In this document: positions 1 through 8,096 of the stretch, one piece after another
Numbering within the stretch: position 1 is the stretch's first letter
Layout of the letters: every line of letters starts with the position of its first letter
DNA from: Caedibacter taeniospiralis
GTDB taxonomy: Bacteria > Pseudomonadota > Gammaproteobacteria > Francisellales > Francisellaceae
Assembly: GCF_002803295.2 (NCBI RefSeq)
Contig: NZ_PGGB02000001.1
Span: 119,602-128,485, forward strand
Direction of reading: 5' to 3'
DNA length: 8,884 nucleotides
The notes under the pieces: model-generated
Database searches by the model: none
What the model was told of the DNA's origin: nothing
What the model saw: only the letters and a program-made list of their open reading frames with translations
Program-made: the position numbers and the translations under genes

Positions 1-132
1 CTAAGCCAGATTGATGCAAAAAATTATGTGGCTGAACTTAAAGCCCAATCTCAGGTAAAGCGCATTTTAAAACTGGGTTTGGCGTTTAATCATAAGCAAG
101 TTATTGTTAAACACCATTTTCAAATGAGATGA
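1..132 (+). CDS. C-terminal fragment of a probable AAA-ATPase-like / PD-(D/E)XK nuclease superfamily protein (DUF1703-like tail), truncated by the left edge
   Basis: Frame 1 is open from base 1 to TGA at 130-132: LSQIDAKNYVAELKAQSQVKRILKLGLAFNHKQVIVKHHFQMR*. The pattern 'L-x-Q-I-x-x-K-x-Y ... (I/L)-x-x-(I/L)-G-(L/I)-x-F-x-x-K' resembles the C-terminal end of this family. Not in the supplied ORF track. Confidence 0.6.
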   Translation, partial: LSQIDAKNYVAELKAQSQVKRILKLGLAFNHKQVIVKHHFQMR

Positions 133-178
133 AGGCTAATGTAACTTTAAAGCTAGATGATAAGATCTTGAAACTTAT

Positions 179-199
179 CAACCATTAAGGTTGGTTTTT
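179..199 (+). terminator. Weak candidate rho-independent terminator for the left-edge gene
   Basis: CAACC (179-183), loop attaa, GGTTG (189-193), then g + TTTTT (195-199). The stem is only 5 bp and overlaps the last codons of the convergent transporter gene. Confidence 0.25.
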
Positions 200-1606
200 A
201 TTTACCATAAACTTCCTTAACATAAAACACAACGCTGAGCCTACTATAGTCAACGCGATAAACAACAATAACCCTGATGACATGCTTGCTTTTGCTAACT
301 GCATATTGCTACTGGATATCGGTACCCATTGTGCAATCATTCCTGCAAACTTGCCACCAATCCCAAGTGTCACGAGCCAAATCCCCATATACAGCGAAAC
401 ATAACCAGGAGGTGCCAGTTTGGTAACCATCGATAAACCGATGGCAGATAGTGATAAATCACTCACCGACATGACTAAGAAAGCAATAATTAAATAAATC
501 GCCGCAACACCAGACTCAGGCTGAGTAGCCTTAATGCCTAACCACATAATGAGAAAAACGATGGTAAGCAGAATAAATCCCAGATTAAACTTGTCAATAT
601 CAGGCACTTGTTTGCCTTTTCTCTCAAAATAAAGCCACAACCTGCCCATGAAAAAGCCAAGTATTAAGACGCCAGCGGACTCAAAGCTCAAAAACTGTGA
701 ATCAAGGATCTGCCATCCTAGAAAATTTTTATTAACACCATTGGCAATAAACAACAGCACCGAAATAAATATCTGAAAATACAGTGCCCAGTATAAAATG
801 GACAATACAAAAAAGATAAATGCCACAATCACATTACGCCAGTATTTTTTCTGGGCAGATGAAAGCATCACCATCAGACAACCAATCGCTGCTACTGCAA
901 TGGTTGCATTTGCAATAATGGGATTTTTTAGCACCAGGAAAACCACAACAAAATACACGAGCAATATGCTCAAAGTTTTAGCGATAATACCGAAATTTAT
1001 TTTGACTTCTTTGATGTGTTTTGCCAAAAGGAAAAAACCAATGATTAAATTAATAAGTACAATCAGTGAGACAATCAAATTCGAATAAAAGGGTACGGCA
1101 AAGCCATAATTCTCACTCAAATAAGAGGCAATAAATAACGCCGCAAAAGCACCCAGGTTAATCCCCACATAGAAAATATTAAAGCCAAAATCACGCTGCC
1201 CTTCCGTGGCTGCTGTCTTATCATAGAAGCGACCGATGAATGAGCTGATATTCGACTTGATCAAACCCGTACTGATTGAGATAAAAGAGAGCCCTATATA
1301 CAGCAGGTTTTCGGAGCTTGCCAGTGCTAAAATAGAGCTGCCTATAATCATAAATACCGCCCCTAGCATGGCTGCGCGATAGTAGTTAATCAACTTATCT
1401 GCAATGATACCGCCAACCAGGGCGGAGATGTACACCATACCTAAAACCGTACCCACCAGGGAAGCGCTTTGCGCCTGTGAAAGGTTAAATTCCTGGATCA
1501 AAAAGAAAATGAGTAAGGATTGAATAACGTAATAGCTGTAGCGTTCGCCAAACTCCGTCAGACTGGAAATGGTTAACACGCCTGCTTGTCCTTTGAGTGC
1601 TTTCAT
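185..1606 (-). CDS. Peptide MFS transporter (POT/PTR family, proton-dependent oligopeptide symporter)
   Basis: 473 aa, multiple hydrophobic TM segments, N-terminal E-F-G-E-R-Y-S-Y-Y matching the ExxERxxYY proton-coupling motif of POT transporters, and 'FNIFYVGINLGAF' typical of the family. SD-like AAAGGA lies about 8 nt upstream of the ATG. Confidence 0.93.
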   Translation of the reverse strand: MKALKGQAGVLTISSLTEFGERYSYYVIQSLLIFFLIQEFNLSQAQSASLVGTVLGMVYISALVGGIIADKLINYYRAAMLGAVFMIIGSSILALASSENLLYIGLSFISISTGLIKSNISSFIGRFYDKTAATEGQRDFGFNIFYVGINLGAFAALFIASYLSENYGFAVPFYSNLIVSLIVLINLIIGFFLLAKHIKEVKINFGIIAKTLSILLVYFVVVFLVLKNPIIANATIAVAAIGCLMVMLSSAQKKYWRNVIVAFIFFVLSILYWALYFQIFISVLLFIANGVNKNFLGWQILDSQFLSFESAGVLILGFFMGRLWLYFERKGKQVPDIDKFNLGFILLTIVFLIMWLGIKATQPESGVAAIYLIIAFLVMSVSDLSLSAIGLSMVTKLAPPGYVSLYMGIWLVTLGIGGKFAGMIAQWVPISSSNMQLAKASMSSGLLLFIALTIVGSALCFMLRKFMVNKNQP

Positions 1607-1749
1607 AATTTATCCTTTAAATTTATTTAACAAGGCTGACAATTCGATAACAAAATTAAGCAAAAATCAATAAATTCCGTAAACCCGACTACTCTGGAGA
1701 GTCAGCTAAAATGATTGACGAGTGCTATAGTTAATAGCAAACCCACTCT

Positions 1750-2916
1750 CTAAATAATTTCTCCCTTATACAACTTATCTAAAAACACCTTCCATGGCAG
1801 AATGTCAATTTCAACAGGATCAAGTATTTTGCGTGGCATTTCATCTTGTGAAACAACAATTGCTCGAGCTTCTTGATGTTCTTCGCAAAATGCAATTAAA
1901 CCTTTCAGATCCGATTTTTTTACACATGAAGATATTTTAACTTCTATTGCAACTTGAGCATTTCCCAAAACAAAATCTACTTCTAAACCTGACTTGGTTC
2001 GCCAGTAGCTAATGGTAAACTGCTTTTGCACTAATCCCTTATAAGCCATAAGCTCCATCATAATGTAATGCTCGAAACTTCTTCCAGCTTGAGCACCTTT
2101 TAATGCCTGTATGCTTATGCCAGCTAAATAATTAGCAATTGCCACATCAAAGAAATAAAACTTTGGTGTTGCGGTAATAAGGTCTCGTTTTATTTTTGTT
2201 CTAAATGGATAAATAAAATACCCTAAGAGTGTGTCGATAAGTATCTGGTAAAAGTTCTGAACCGTTGAGCGATCAATACCGCAATCTCTTGCGATATTAC
2301 TCATATTAATAAGCTCACCATTAGTCATACCCGCAACATCCAAAAAACGTGCAAACCCAGGTAAATTGCGCACTAAACCTTCATTTCTAATTTCATCGGT
2401 CAAATAGACGTCAATATAAGCCTGCAAATGTTGTTGTATATACTCAGGTCTAGATAAATAATGATCAGGAATCAATCCTTGCTGGAGTGCTTTAAGTAAA
2501 TCAAATTGCGGAATTTCTGCAAAAGTTAATGGATAAAAATGATACACCCACGCACGTCCACCCAGCAGGTTTGTTGATTGTGTCTTTAAAGCTCTGGCAC
2601 TTGAACCACATAGAATAAATTGCGTCTTTGCATTCTCAATCAACCAGTGCACCTCGTTCATCAAACCAGGAATCTTCTGCACTTCGTCTATAATGACAGG
2701 CTTTTTGCTTGATAAGGGATCAAATGCCAAAACCTCTTCCCTCAATATATGTGGTGATTTTGATAATTTTATTAAAAGATCGGTATTGAGCAAATCATAG
2801 AACTTTGCATCAGGAAATACATGCTTTAGATAAGATGACTTACCAATACGTCTTGCTCCCCATAAGAAGGTTGATTGCCGCTCTGGCAAATTTAATTTTA
2901 AAATGCGCTTGAACAT
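1750..2916 (-). CDS. ATP-binding protein, AAA_14 domain with C-terminal DUF4143 (PD-(D/E)XK-like) domain
   Basis: 388 aa. Walker A-like GARRIGKSSY near the N-terminus, Walker B-like PVIIDEVQKIP, 'FILCGSSARAL' sensor-like segment, 'LLGGRAWVYHFYPLTFAEI', and C-terminal 'EVDFVLGNAQVAIEVK' typical of DUF4143 ATPases. Confidence 0.9.
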   Translation of the reverse strand: MFKRILKLNLPERQSTFLWGARRIGKSSYLKHVFPDAKFYDLLNTDLLIKLSKSPHILREEVLAFDPLSSKKPVIIDEVQKIPGLMNEVHWLIENAKTQFILCGSSARALKTQSTNLLGGRAWVYHFYPLTFAEIPQFDLLKALQQGLIPDHYLSRPEYIQQHLQAYIDVYLTDEIRNEGLVRNLPGFARFLDVAGMTNGELINMSNIARDCGIDRSTVQNFYQILIDTLLGYFIYPFRTKIKRDLITATPKFYFFDVAIANYLAGISIQALKGAQAGRSFEHYIMMELMAYKGLVQKQFTISYWRTKSGLEVDFVLGNAQVAIEVKISSCVKKSDLKGLIAFCEEHQEARAIVVSQDEMPRKILDPVEIDILPWKVFLDKLYKGEII

Positions 2917-3029
2917 AATTTTAAACCATTAGCTGATATATGCAGCAAATAGTATTGCTAATTGATGAGAAAGACAACAAAAAGAAATGCCATAAGGAAT
3001 CTCCCGCTTAATAACGTGTACCTCAGTGT

Positions 3030-3060
3030 AGGGTGGATGCGCCTTCGGCTTATCCACCCT
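3030..3060. repeat. Imperfect palindrome/hairpin in the tdh-ATPase intergenic region, candidate REP-like dispersed element
   Basis: AGGGTGGAT (3030-3038) is perfectly complementary to ATCCACCCT (3052-3060), with an inner GCC-TTC-GGC mini-hairpin (3041-3049). No T-tract on either strand. Confidence 0.55.
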
Positions 3061-3140
3061 GCTACCGTCAAAATAAACGAGTATCTTATTAAACTTTATA
3101 TCCATAAACGCTACAAAATTATTTACGATGGGTATGGATT

Positions 3141-4205
3141 TTATTCCCAGTTCAAAATCACCTTGCCGCATTGCCCTGACTTCATAAGCTCAAATCCCTG
3201 TAAAAAATCATCGACATGAAACTGATGCGTGATCACAGGACTCACATCCAGACCTGAGCCTACCATGCTTGCCATTTTGTACCAGGTTTCGTAGATTTCA
3301 CGCCCATAAATCCCTTTTAAGTGTAAGCCTTTAAAGACAATATCATTCCATGGGACAGTCATCTGGTTACCGCCAATCCCAAGAAGGGCAATATTGCCAC
3401 CATTATTCATCGTGTGGATCATGGCGTTAATTGCACTATGATGCCCTGACATCTCAAGCCCAACATCAAAGCCCTCGGTCATGCCAAGCTTGTTCATGGT
3501 TTTCTTTAACAGCTGTGTCTGTCCATCTGCCGTTTTATGCGCGCTCACATTGAGTGCCACGTCAGCTCCCATTTTCTTAGCAAGCTCCAAACGATAATCG
3601 TTAATATCGGTAATGACAATGTGTTTGGCGCCCACATGACGCGCAATCGCCGCTGCCATAATGCCAATGGGACCTGCACCGGTGATCAACACATCCTCAC
3701 CGATAAGTCCAAATGAAAGTGCGGTATGCACCGCATTGCCAAATGGATCAAACATACTGGCAATATCATCGCTGACATAGTCTGGCACTTTAAAGGTGTT
3801 CTCCGCTGGAATGGCTAAATATTCCGCAAAAGCGCCTTGGCGATTCACTCCGACCCCCACGGTATTGCGACATAAATGACGTTTGCCCGCACGACAGTTG
3901 CGGCAAAAACCACAGGTAATATGTCCCTCACCTGATACGCGATCCCCAATTTTAAAACCTTTGACCTCACAACCTAAGGCGACAATCTCACCAACAAATT
4001 CATGCCCCACAGCCATGGGCACGGGAATGGTTTTTTGCGACCACTCATCCCATAGATAAATATGTAAATCGGTGCCACAAATCGCCGTTTTTTTAATCCT
4101 GATTAGAACGTCATTGTGACCTATTTCAGGAATCGGCAACTCAGCCATCCAAATGCCAGGTTCTGCTTTAAGCTTGGATAACGCTTTCATTGTTTTTTTC
4201 ATCAT
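3141..4205 (-). CDS. tdh: L-threonine 3-dehydrogenase (zinc-dependent, medium-chain dehydrogenase family)
   Basis: '[14 protein letters not shown]', '[32 protein letters not shown]', structural zinc ligands '[15 protein letters not shown]', Rossmann '[13 protein letters not shown]', and '[16 protein letters not shown]' match Tdh. The supplied ORF begins at 4229. The ATG at 4205 has SD-like AGAG 6 nt upstream and is preferred; the ATG at 4190 (MKALSKL) aligns with the E. coli start and is also possible. Confidence 0.96.
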   Translation of the reverse strand: MMKKTMKALSKLKAEPGIWMAELPIPEIGHNDVLIRIKKTAICGTDLHIYLWDEWSQKTIPVPMAVGHEFVGEIVALGCEVKGFKIGDRVSGEGHITCGFCRNCRAGKRHLCRNTVGVGVNRQGAFAEYLAIPAENTFKVPDYVSDDIASMFDPFGNAVHTALSFGLIGEDVLITGAGPIGIMAAAIARHVGAKHIVITDINDYRLELAKKMGADVALNVSAHKTADGQTQLLKKTMNKLGMTEGFDVGLEMSGHHSAINAMIHTMNNGGNIALLGIGGNQMTVPWNDIVFKGLHLKGIYGREIYETWYKMASMVGSGLDVSPVITHQFHVDDFLQGFELMKSGQCGKVILNWE

Positions 4206-4229
4206 TTTCGTCTCTTGGATTTCTTGCAT

Positions 4230-5423
4230 TTAGATCACACCCATTTCTTTGCCAACTTCAATAAAGGCGGTTACGGTCTTGTCAATCTGCTCAGGTGTGT
4301 GTGCCGCTGACATCTGCGTGCGAATGCGCGCTAAACCTTTTGGTACCACAGGATATGAAAATGCAACAACATAAATACCTTTGTGCAAAAGCTTTTCTGC
4401 CATTTCAGCCGCCTTTTTTTCTTCATACAGCATCACTGGGATAATCGGATGCTGACCAGGAATCAAATCAAAACCCGCAGCCATCATTTTTTGTCTGAAG
4501 TGTTTCTGGTTACGTTGCAGCGTGTCGCGCCTTTCATCTGAGTTCATCGCAAGGTTTATCGCTGCTATTGACGTCGCGGCGATCATGGGTGCCAGCGAAT
4601 TTGAAAACAAATAAGGTCGTGCTTTTTGTTTCAGCATTTCAGCAACTGGAGCGCGCGCGGCAATAAAACCGCCTGATGCCCCACCTAAGGCTTTGCCTAA
4701 AGTGCTGCTTATGATGTCAATGCGACCCTCAACACCGCAGAAACTCGGCGTGCCACGACCCTTCTCACCGATAAAACCTGTCGCATGTGAGTCATCGACC
4801 ATGACAACCGCATTATACTTATCCGCTAAATCACATACGCCCTTTAAGTTAGCAATAATGCCATCCATAGAAAAAACGCCATCAGTAACAATAAGCTTAA
4901 ATCTCGCACCCTTTTCATCTGCGGCTTTTAGCTGATCTTCCAAGTCTGCCATGTCATTATTTTTATAGCGAAAGCGCATTGCTTTGCACAAACGCACGCC
5001 ATCAATAATGCTCGCATGATTGAGCTGATCACTGATGATCGCATCTTCAGCGCCCAGGATAGACTCGAACACACCACCATTAGCATCAAAACAAGAGGGG
5101 AAAACAATGGTTTCTTCCATTTTTAAATACTGGCTAATCAGCTCTTCAAGTTCTCTGTGTGGGGTTTGCGTGCCACAGATAAAGCGCACGGATGCCGCCC
5201 CATAGCCATATTGATTCAAGGCTTTTTTAGCCGCATCAATTAACTCTTGATTATCTGCCAACCCTAAATAGTTATTGGCGCAGAAGTTAATAACCTGCTC
5301 ACCGTTTTTAAGTGTAATATTTGACGATTGTGGTGAGTTAATAATGCGCTCACCTTTGTAAGTCCCTGCGCCTTTAATATCATTAATCTCTTGGCGCAAA
5401 TGATCATAAAATGCCTTATTCAC
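4230..5423 (-). CDS. kbl: Glycine C-acetyltransferase (2-amino-3-ketobutyrate CoA ligase), PLP-dependent
   Basis: '[19 protein letters not shown]', 'VSFICGTQ'-like segment ([16 protein letters not shown]), '[19 protein letters not shown]', '[15 protein letters not shown]', PLP-lysine region '[14 protein letters not shown]', '[11 protein letters not shown]'. GTG start at 5423 with upstream AAAAGGAAACGAT-GTG. The supplied ORF start at 5483 adds 20 aa ([20 protein letters not shown]) not expected in Kbl. Confidence 0.96.
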   Translation of the reverse strand: MNKAFYDHLRQEINDIKGAGTYKGERIINSPQSSNITLKNGEQVINFCANNYLGLADNQELIDAAKKALNQYGYGAASVRFICGTQTPHRELEELISQYLKMEETIVFPSCFDANGGVFESILGAEDAIISDQLNHASIIDGVRLCKAMRFRYKNNDMADLEDQLKAADEKGARFKLIVTDGVFSMDGIIANLKGVCDLADKYNAVVMVDDSHATGFIGEKGRGTPSFCGVEGRIDIISSTLGKALGGASGGFIAARAPVAEMLKQKARPYLFSNSLAPMIAATSIAAINLAMNSDERRDTLQRNQKHFRQKMMAAGFDLIPGQHPIIPVMLYEEKKAAEMAEKLLHKGIYVVAFSYPVVPKGLARIRTQMSAAHTPEQIDKTVTAFIEVGKEMGVI

Positions 5424-5478
5424 ATCGTTTCCTTTTGTCTGATTGTCGTTACTGACTGGAGTTACTGAAAAACCTCGC

Positions 5479-5499
5479 CACATTCTACCTGAGAATGTG
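5479..5499. promoter_or_regulatory. Perfect palindrome upstream of kbl, candidate operator or 5'-UTR hairpin
   Basis: CACATTCT (5479-5486), loop acctg, AGAATGTG (5492-5499): 8-bp perfect arms, overlapping the candidate -10 box. Confidence 0.4.
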
Positions 5500-5511
5500 T
5501 GCTGACAACAA
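5482..5511 (-). promoter_or_regulatory. Candidate sigma70 promoter for kbl-tdh
   Basis: Minus strand: -10 candidate TAGAAT (5487-5482), with -35 candidates TTGTTG (5511-5506, 18-nt spacer) or TTGTCA (5508-5503, 15-nt spacer). Located 59-88 nt upstream of the GTG start. Inspection only. Confidence 0.35.
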
Positions 5512-5605
5512 GTCGTTCAGTAGGTTTATAAAAAAGCTGGCAGTAGTGCTATTGGTGCATGCAGTTGTCTAGCGAAGGGCGTTTGGGATTTCACAGGCAA
5601 CCAGG

Positions 5606-7066
5606 TTACCACGCAGGAATTGCCGCATCGTCAGGGTAAAGTTTTTCAGTCAGTTTAGCTACCTGTGGCGATTGGTAGGCTTTCACAAATTTAATAAGAA
5701 GTGGGTTATTTTTATCCTTCTCCCTCGCAGCAATGATATTGGCAAAAGGCGAATCTTTGGGTTCAACAAATAACGCTTGCTTTAAGGTCAAATGCGCTTT
5801 AGGCAGGAAACTATTGTTGATGATAGCAAGTGTCACACTGCCCAGGTTGTTGGGAATTTGATCCGCCTGTAAGGGGATGATCTGCAATTTCAGTGGGTTA
5901 TCAATAATATCCTCTAAGGTTGCTTTCCAGCTCACTCCTGGTTTCAGTTTAATAAGACCTGCGTCAGCTAAAATCATCAATGCGCGCCCTCGATTCGTTG
6001 GATCGTTCGGGATGGCTATTTTGGCGCCGAGAGGGATTTCGTTTAGTGAATTTAATTTGCTTGAAAAAACCCCCATAGGATAAATAAAGGTTTTGCCAAT
6101 TTCCGTGATTTTGTAACCAAACTCTTTGACCTGATTCTCTAAAAACGGGATATGCTGGAAGACATTGGCATCGACATCCCCATCGTTTAAGGCCCGATTG
6201 GGAAGGTTATAATCACCAAAGGACACAAGTTTTACATCAAGTCCATATTCATCTTTGGCGACTTGTTGTGCCATTTGCATGACTTTTTGCTCTTCAGGCG
6301 ATGATTGCACATAGCCAACGGTTACGATGTTGATGTTTTGGCTTGTTTGATAGACATTATAGGCAACCTGGGCAATGGAGCCTGCCACCAGAACCGCCAT
6401 AAGCGCCCACACGCTGGTGAGCTTTTTGTTACTACTGAGATATTTACCATAGGATTGGCATAGTTGAACAAGAATAATGAGTAAAATCACGCCGCCATAG
6501 AGTAGGAAATAGTTACCGTTGTTATAACCCTGGAAGTAGGTCAGATCCCCTAAGCCCCCGCCGCCAACGATACCTGCCATTGCCGAGTAACCAATAAGAC
6601 CAATCGTTGTTAAGGTGGCTGCATCAACCAGGAGTGTTTTGGCTTCAGGCAGTAGCACTTTAAAGATAATCTGCAGTTTGCTCGCTCCCATGGCATTAGC
6701 GGCTTCTATTAATCCTTTATCGACTTCTGAGATAGCAGATTCGGCAAGGCGCGCATAGAAAGGTAATGCAGCAATCGCCAGTGGCACAATCGATGCGGTT
6801 GTGCCAATAGTGGTGCCCACAAGGAGTTTGGTCACAGGATAAAGCAAAATCAGCAGGATAATATAAGGAATAGAGCGCGTGACGTTGACAATAAAACCCA
6901 CGATTTGATTGAATAATTGTACAGCCAGATTTTTCCTGTTGTGTGACAGGTGCAACAAAACACCCAGTATCAGTCCGCCAACGATGGCAATGAGTGTTGC
7001 GATAAAAACCATGTAAATTGTTTGCCAGGTGGCAAGAGCCAAACTAGAAAGCATCGATTGCAGCAT
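5606..7066 (-). CDS. metIQ: D-methionine ABC transporter fusion protein: MetI-type permease plus C-terminal MetQ/NlpA-type substrate-binding domain
   Basis: The N-terminal ~215 aa match MetI ('NVTRSIPYIILLILLYPVTKLLVGTTIGTTASIVPLAIAALPFYARLAESAISEVDKGLIEAANAMGAS', 'VGYSAMAGIVGGGGLGDL'). A hydrophobic helix ('VWALMAVLVAGSIAQVAYNVY') is followed by a MetQ/NlpA domain ('VAKDEYGLDVKLVSFGDYNLPNRALNDGDVDANVFQHIPFLENQVKEFGYKI', 'KIAIPNDPTNRGRALMIL'). SD-like GAGG upstream of the ATG, inside metN. Confidence 0.93.
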   Translation of the reverse strand: MLQSMLSSLALATWQTIYMVFIATLIAIVGGLILGVLLHLSHNRKNLAVQLFNQIVGFIVNVTRSIPYIILLILLYPVTKLLVGTTIGTTASIVPLAIAALPFYARLAESAISEVDKGLIEAANAMGASKLQIIFKVLLPEAKTLLVDAATLTTIGLIGYSAMAGIVGGGGLGDLTYFQGYNNGNYFLLYGGVILLIILVQLCQSYGKYLSSNKKLTSVWALMAVLVAGSIAQVAYNVYQTSQNINIVTVGYVQSSPEEQKVMQMAQQVAKDEYGLDVKLVSFGDYNLPNRALNDGDVDANVFQHIPFLENQVKEFGYKITEIGKTFIYPMGVFSSKLNSLNEIPLGAKIAIPNDPTNRGRALMILADAGLIKLKPGVSWKATLEDIIDNPLKLQIIPLQADQIPNNLGSVTLAIINNSFLPKAHLTLKQALFVEPKDSPFANIIAAREKDKNNPLLIKFVKAYQSPQVAKLTEKLYPDDAAIPAW

Positions 7067-8096
7067 ATCCGATTACCTCAATTTTAATGTGTTGTTGATG
7101 TAAGAAACTAAGGGCTTTTTCCCATTGCTCTTTTTCCCCGAGCATATGGCAAATAGTGACGCCCACAGACTGCGCCTGAATACGTTCAATATTGCCTTGG
7201 ATAAGGTTGCACGCTACTTTGAATTTACTATTGAGTTCGGCAATGACTGGAGTGCTTATACTGTCACCTAAAAAGGTCATTTTAACAACAGGTGTCAGAT
7301 GTGCCTCCGCATAAGGATCTTTATGTAGTTTACGTTCAATCTCATCAGGAAGCTTTAAGTGCATGCTTTTTTCGGTAAAGCTTTTGGCAATCGCCGTCTT
7401 GGGATTTAAGAATAGCTCAGTTACCGAACCTGTTTCCTGAATCAACCCATCTTCAATAATCGCCACCTGATCGCATATTTTACGAATGACATCCATTTCA
7501 TGTGTGATTAAGACAATCGTAAGATGAAGCTGTTCATTGAGTTTTTTCAAAAGCTGCAAAATCTGATCGGTTGTTTCAGGATCCAAAGAGGAGGTTGCTT
7601 CATCGCATAAAAGAGCAACGGGGTCACAAGCAAGTGCTCGGGCAATGGCTACACGCTGCTTTTGTCCGCCACTTAACTCATCAGGATAAGCGTGGGCTTT
7701 TTGATCCAGACCTACAAGACTAAGTAGCTCGTTGACTTTAGCATTGATTTTAGCGCGACTGGCGTGTTGCAGCTCAAGCGGGAAGGCGACATTGTCAAAT
7801 ACTGTGCGTGAGGATAAGAGATTGAAATGTTGAAAAATCATGCCAATCTTTTGCCGTGCTTTTCTGAGCTTTTCCGCAGAAAGCTTGGTTATATCCTGGT
7901 TATTAATGAGGACATGACCTTCAGTTGGCTGCTCAAGCAAGTTGATACAGCGGATCAGCGTGCTTTTCCCTGCGCCACTCTTACCAATAATGCCAAAAAT
8001 TTCACCGCTTTTAACGCTAAGGTTAATTCCCCTTAAGGCAATATGGTGACTGTGTTTGCTTAGATATTCTTTTTTGAGGTTCTGAATCTCGATCAT
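7044..8096 (-). CDS. metN: Methionine ABC transporter ATP-binding protein with C-terminal NIL domain
   Basis: Walker A GKSGAGKST, Q-loop 'IGMIFQHFNLL', signature LSGGQKQRVAIARAL, Walker B ALLCDEATSSLDPETT, H-loop 'VLITHEMDVI', and a C-terminal NIL-like domain. ATG at 8096 (MIEIQNLKKEY) preceded by AAAGGAG. The supplied ORF begins at an upstream GTG (8120) that adds 8 aa spanning the SD. The 3' end overlaps the metIQ start by 23 bp. Confidence 0.95.
   Translation of the reverse strand: MIEIQNLKKEYLSKHSHHIALRGINLSVKSGEIFGIIGKSGAGKSTLIRCINLLEQPTEGHVLINNQDITKLSAEKLRKARQKIGMIFQHFNLLSSRTVFDNVAFPLELQHASRAKINAKVNELLSLVGLDQKAHAYPDELSGGQKQRVAIARALACDPVALLCDEATSSLDPETTDQILQLLKKLNEQLHLTIVLITHEMDVIRKICDQVAIIEDGLIQETGSVTELFLNPKTAIAKSFTEKSMHLKLPDEIERKLHKDPYAEAHLTPVVKMTFLGDSISTPVIAELNSKFKVACNLIQGNIERIQAQSVGVTICHMLGEKEQWEKALSFLHQQHIKIEVIGYAAIDAF

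Noticed and set aside
158-180. TGATAAG-atcttgaaa-CTTATCA inverted repeat after the peptide transporter gene
   Set aside because: 7-bp AT-rich stem with a 9-nt loop and no following T-tract in the minus direction, so not convincing as a terminator.
798-1088. ORF +, 96 aa, antisense to the peptide transporter
   Set aside because: Lies entirely within a confident CDS on the opposite strand. Low-complexity composition, no recognisable family, most likely a shadow ORF.
1724-1738. GCTAT-agtta-ATAGC short inverted repeat downstream of the ATPase gene
   Set aside because: Only 5 bp, AT-rich, with no T-tract; expected by chance.
3100-3139. ATCCATA...TATGGAT inverted repeat just beyond the tdh stop
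   Set aside because: 7-bp AT-rich arms separated by 26 nt and no adjacent T-run on the minus strand; too weak to call a terminator.
2929-3219. Two small ORFs on opposite strands (- 2929..3171 and + 2962..3219)
   Set aside because: They overlap each other, run through the hairpin, and intrude on the tdh 3' end. No recognisable domain, and the encoded sequence around the palindrome (e.g. AHPPY) is an artefact of the repeat.
4693-4935. ORF +, 80 aa, antisense to kbl
   Set aside because: Shadow ORF within a highly conserved enzyme gene.
5877-6083. ORF +, 68 aa, antisense to the MetQ domain
   Set aside because: Shadow ORF with no domain or convincing context.
7827-8036. ORF +, 69 aa, antisense to metN
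   Set aside because: Shadow ORF inside the conserved ATPase coding region.
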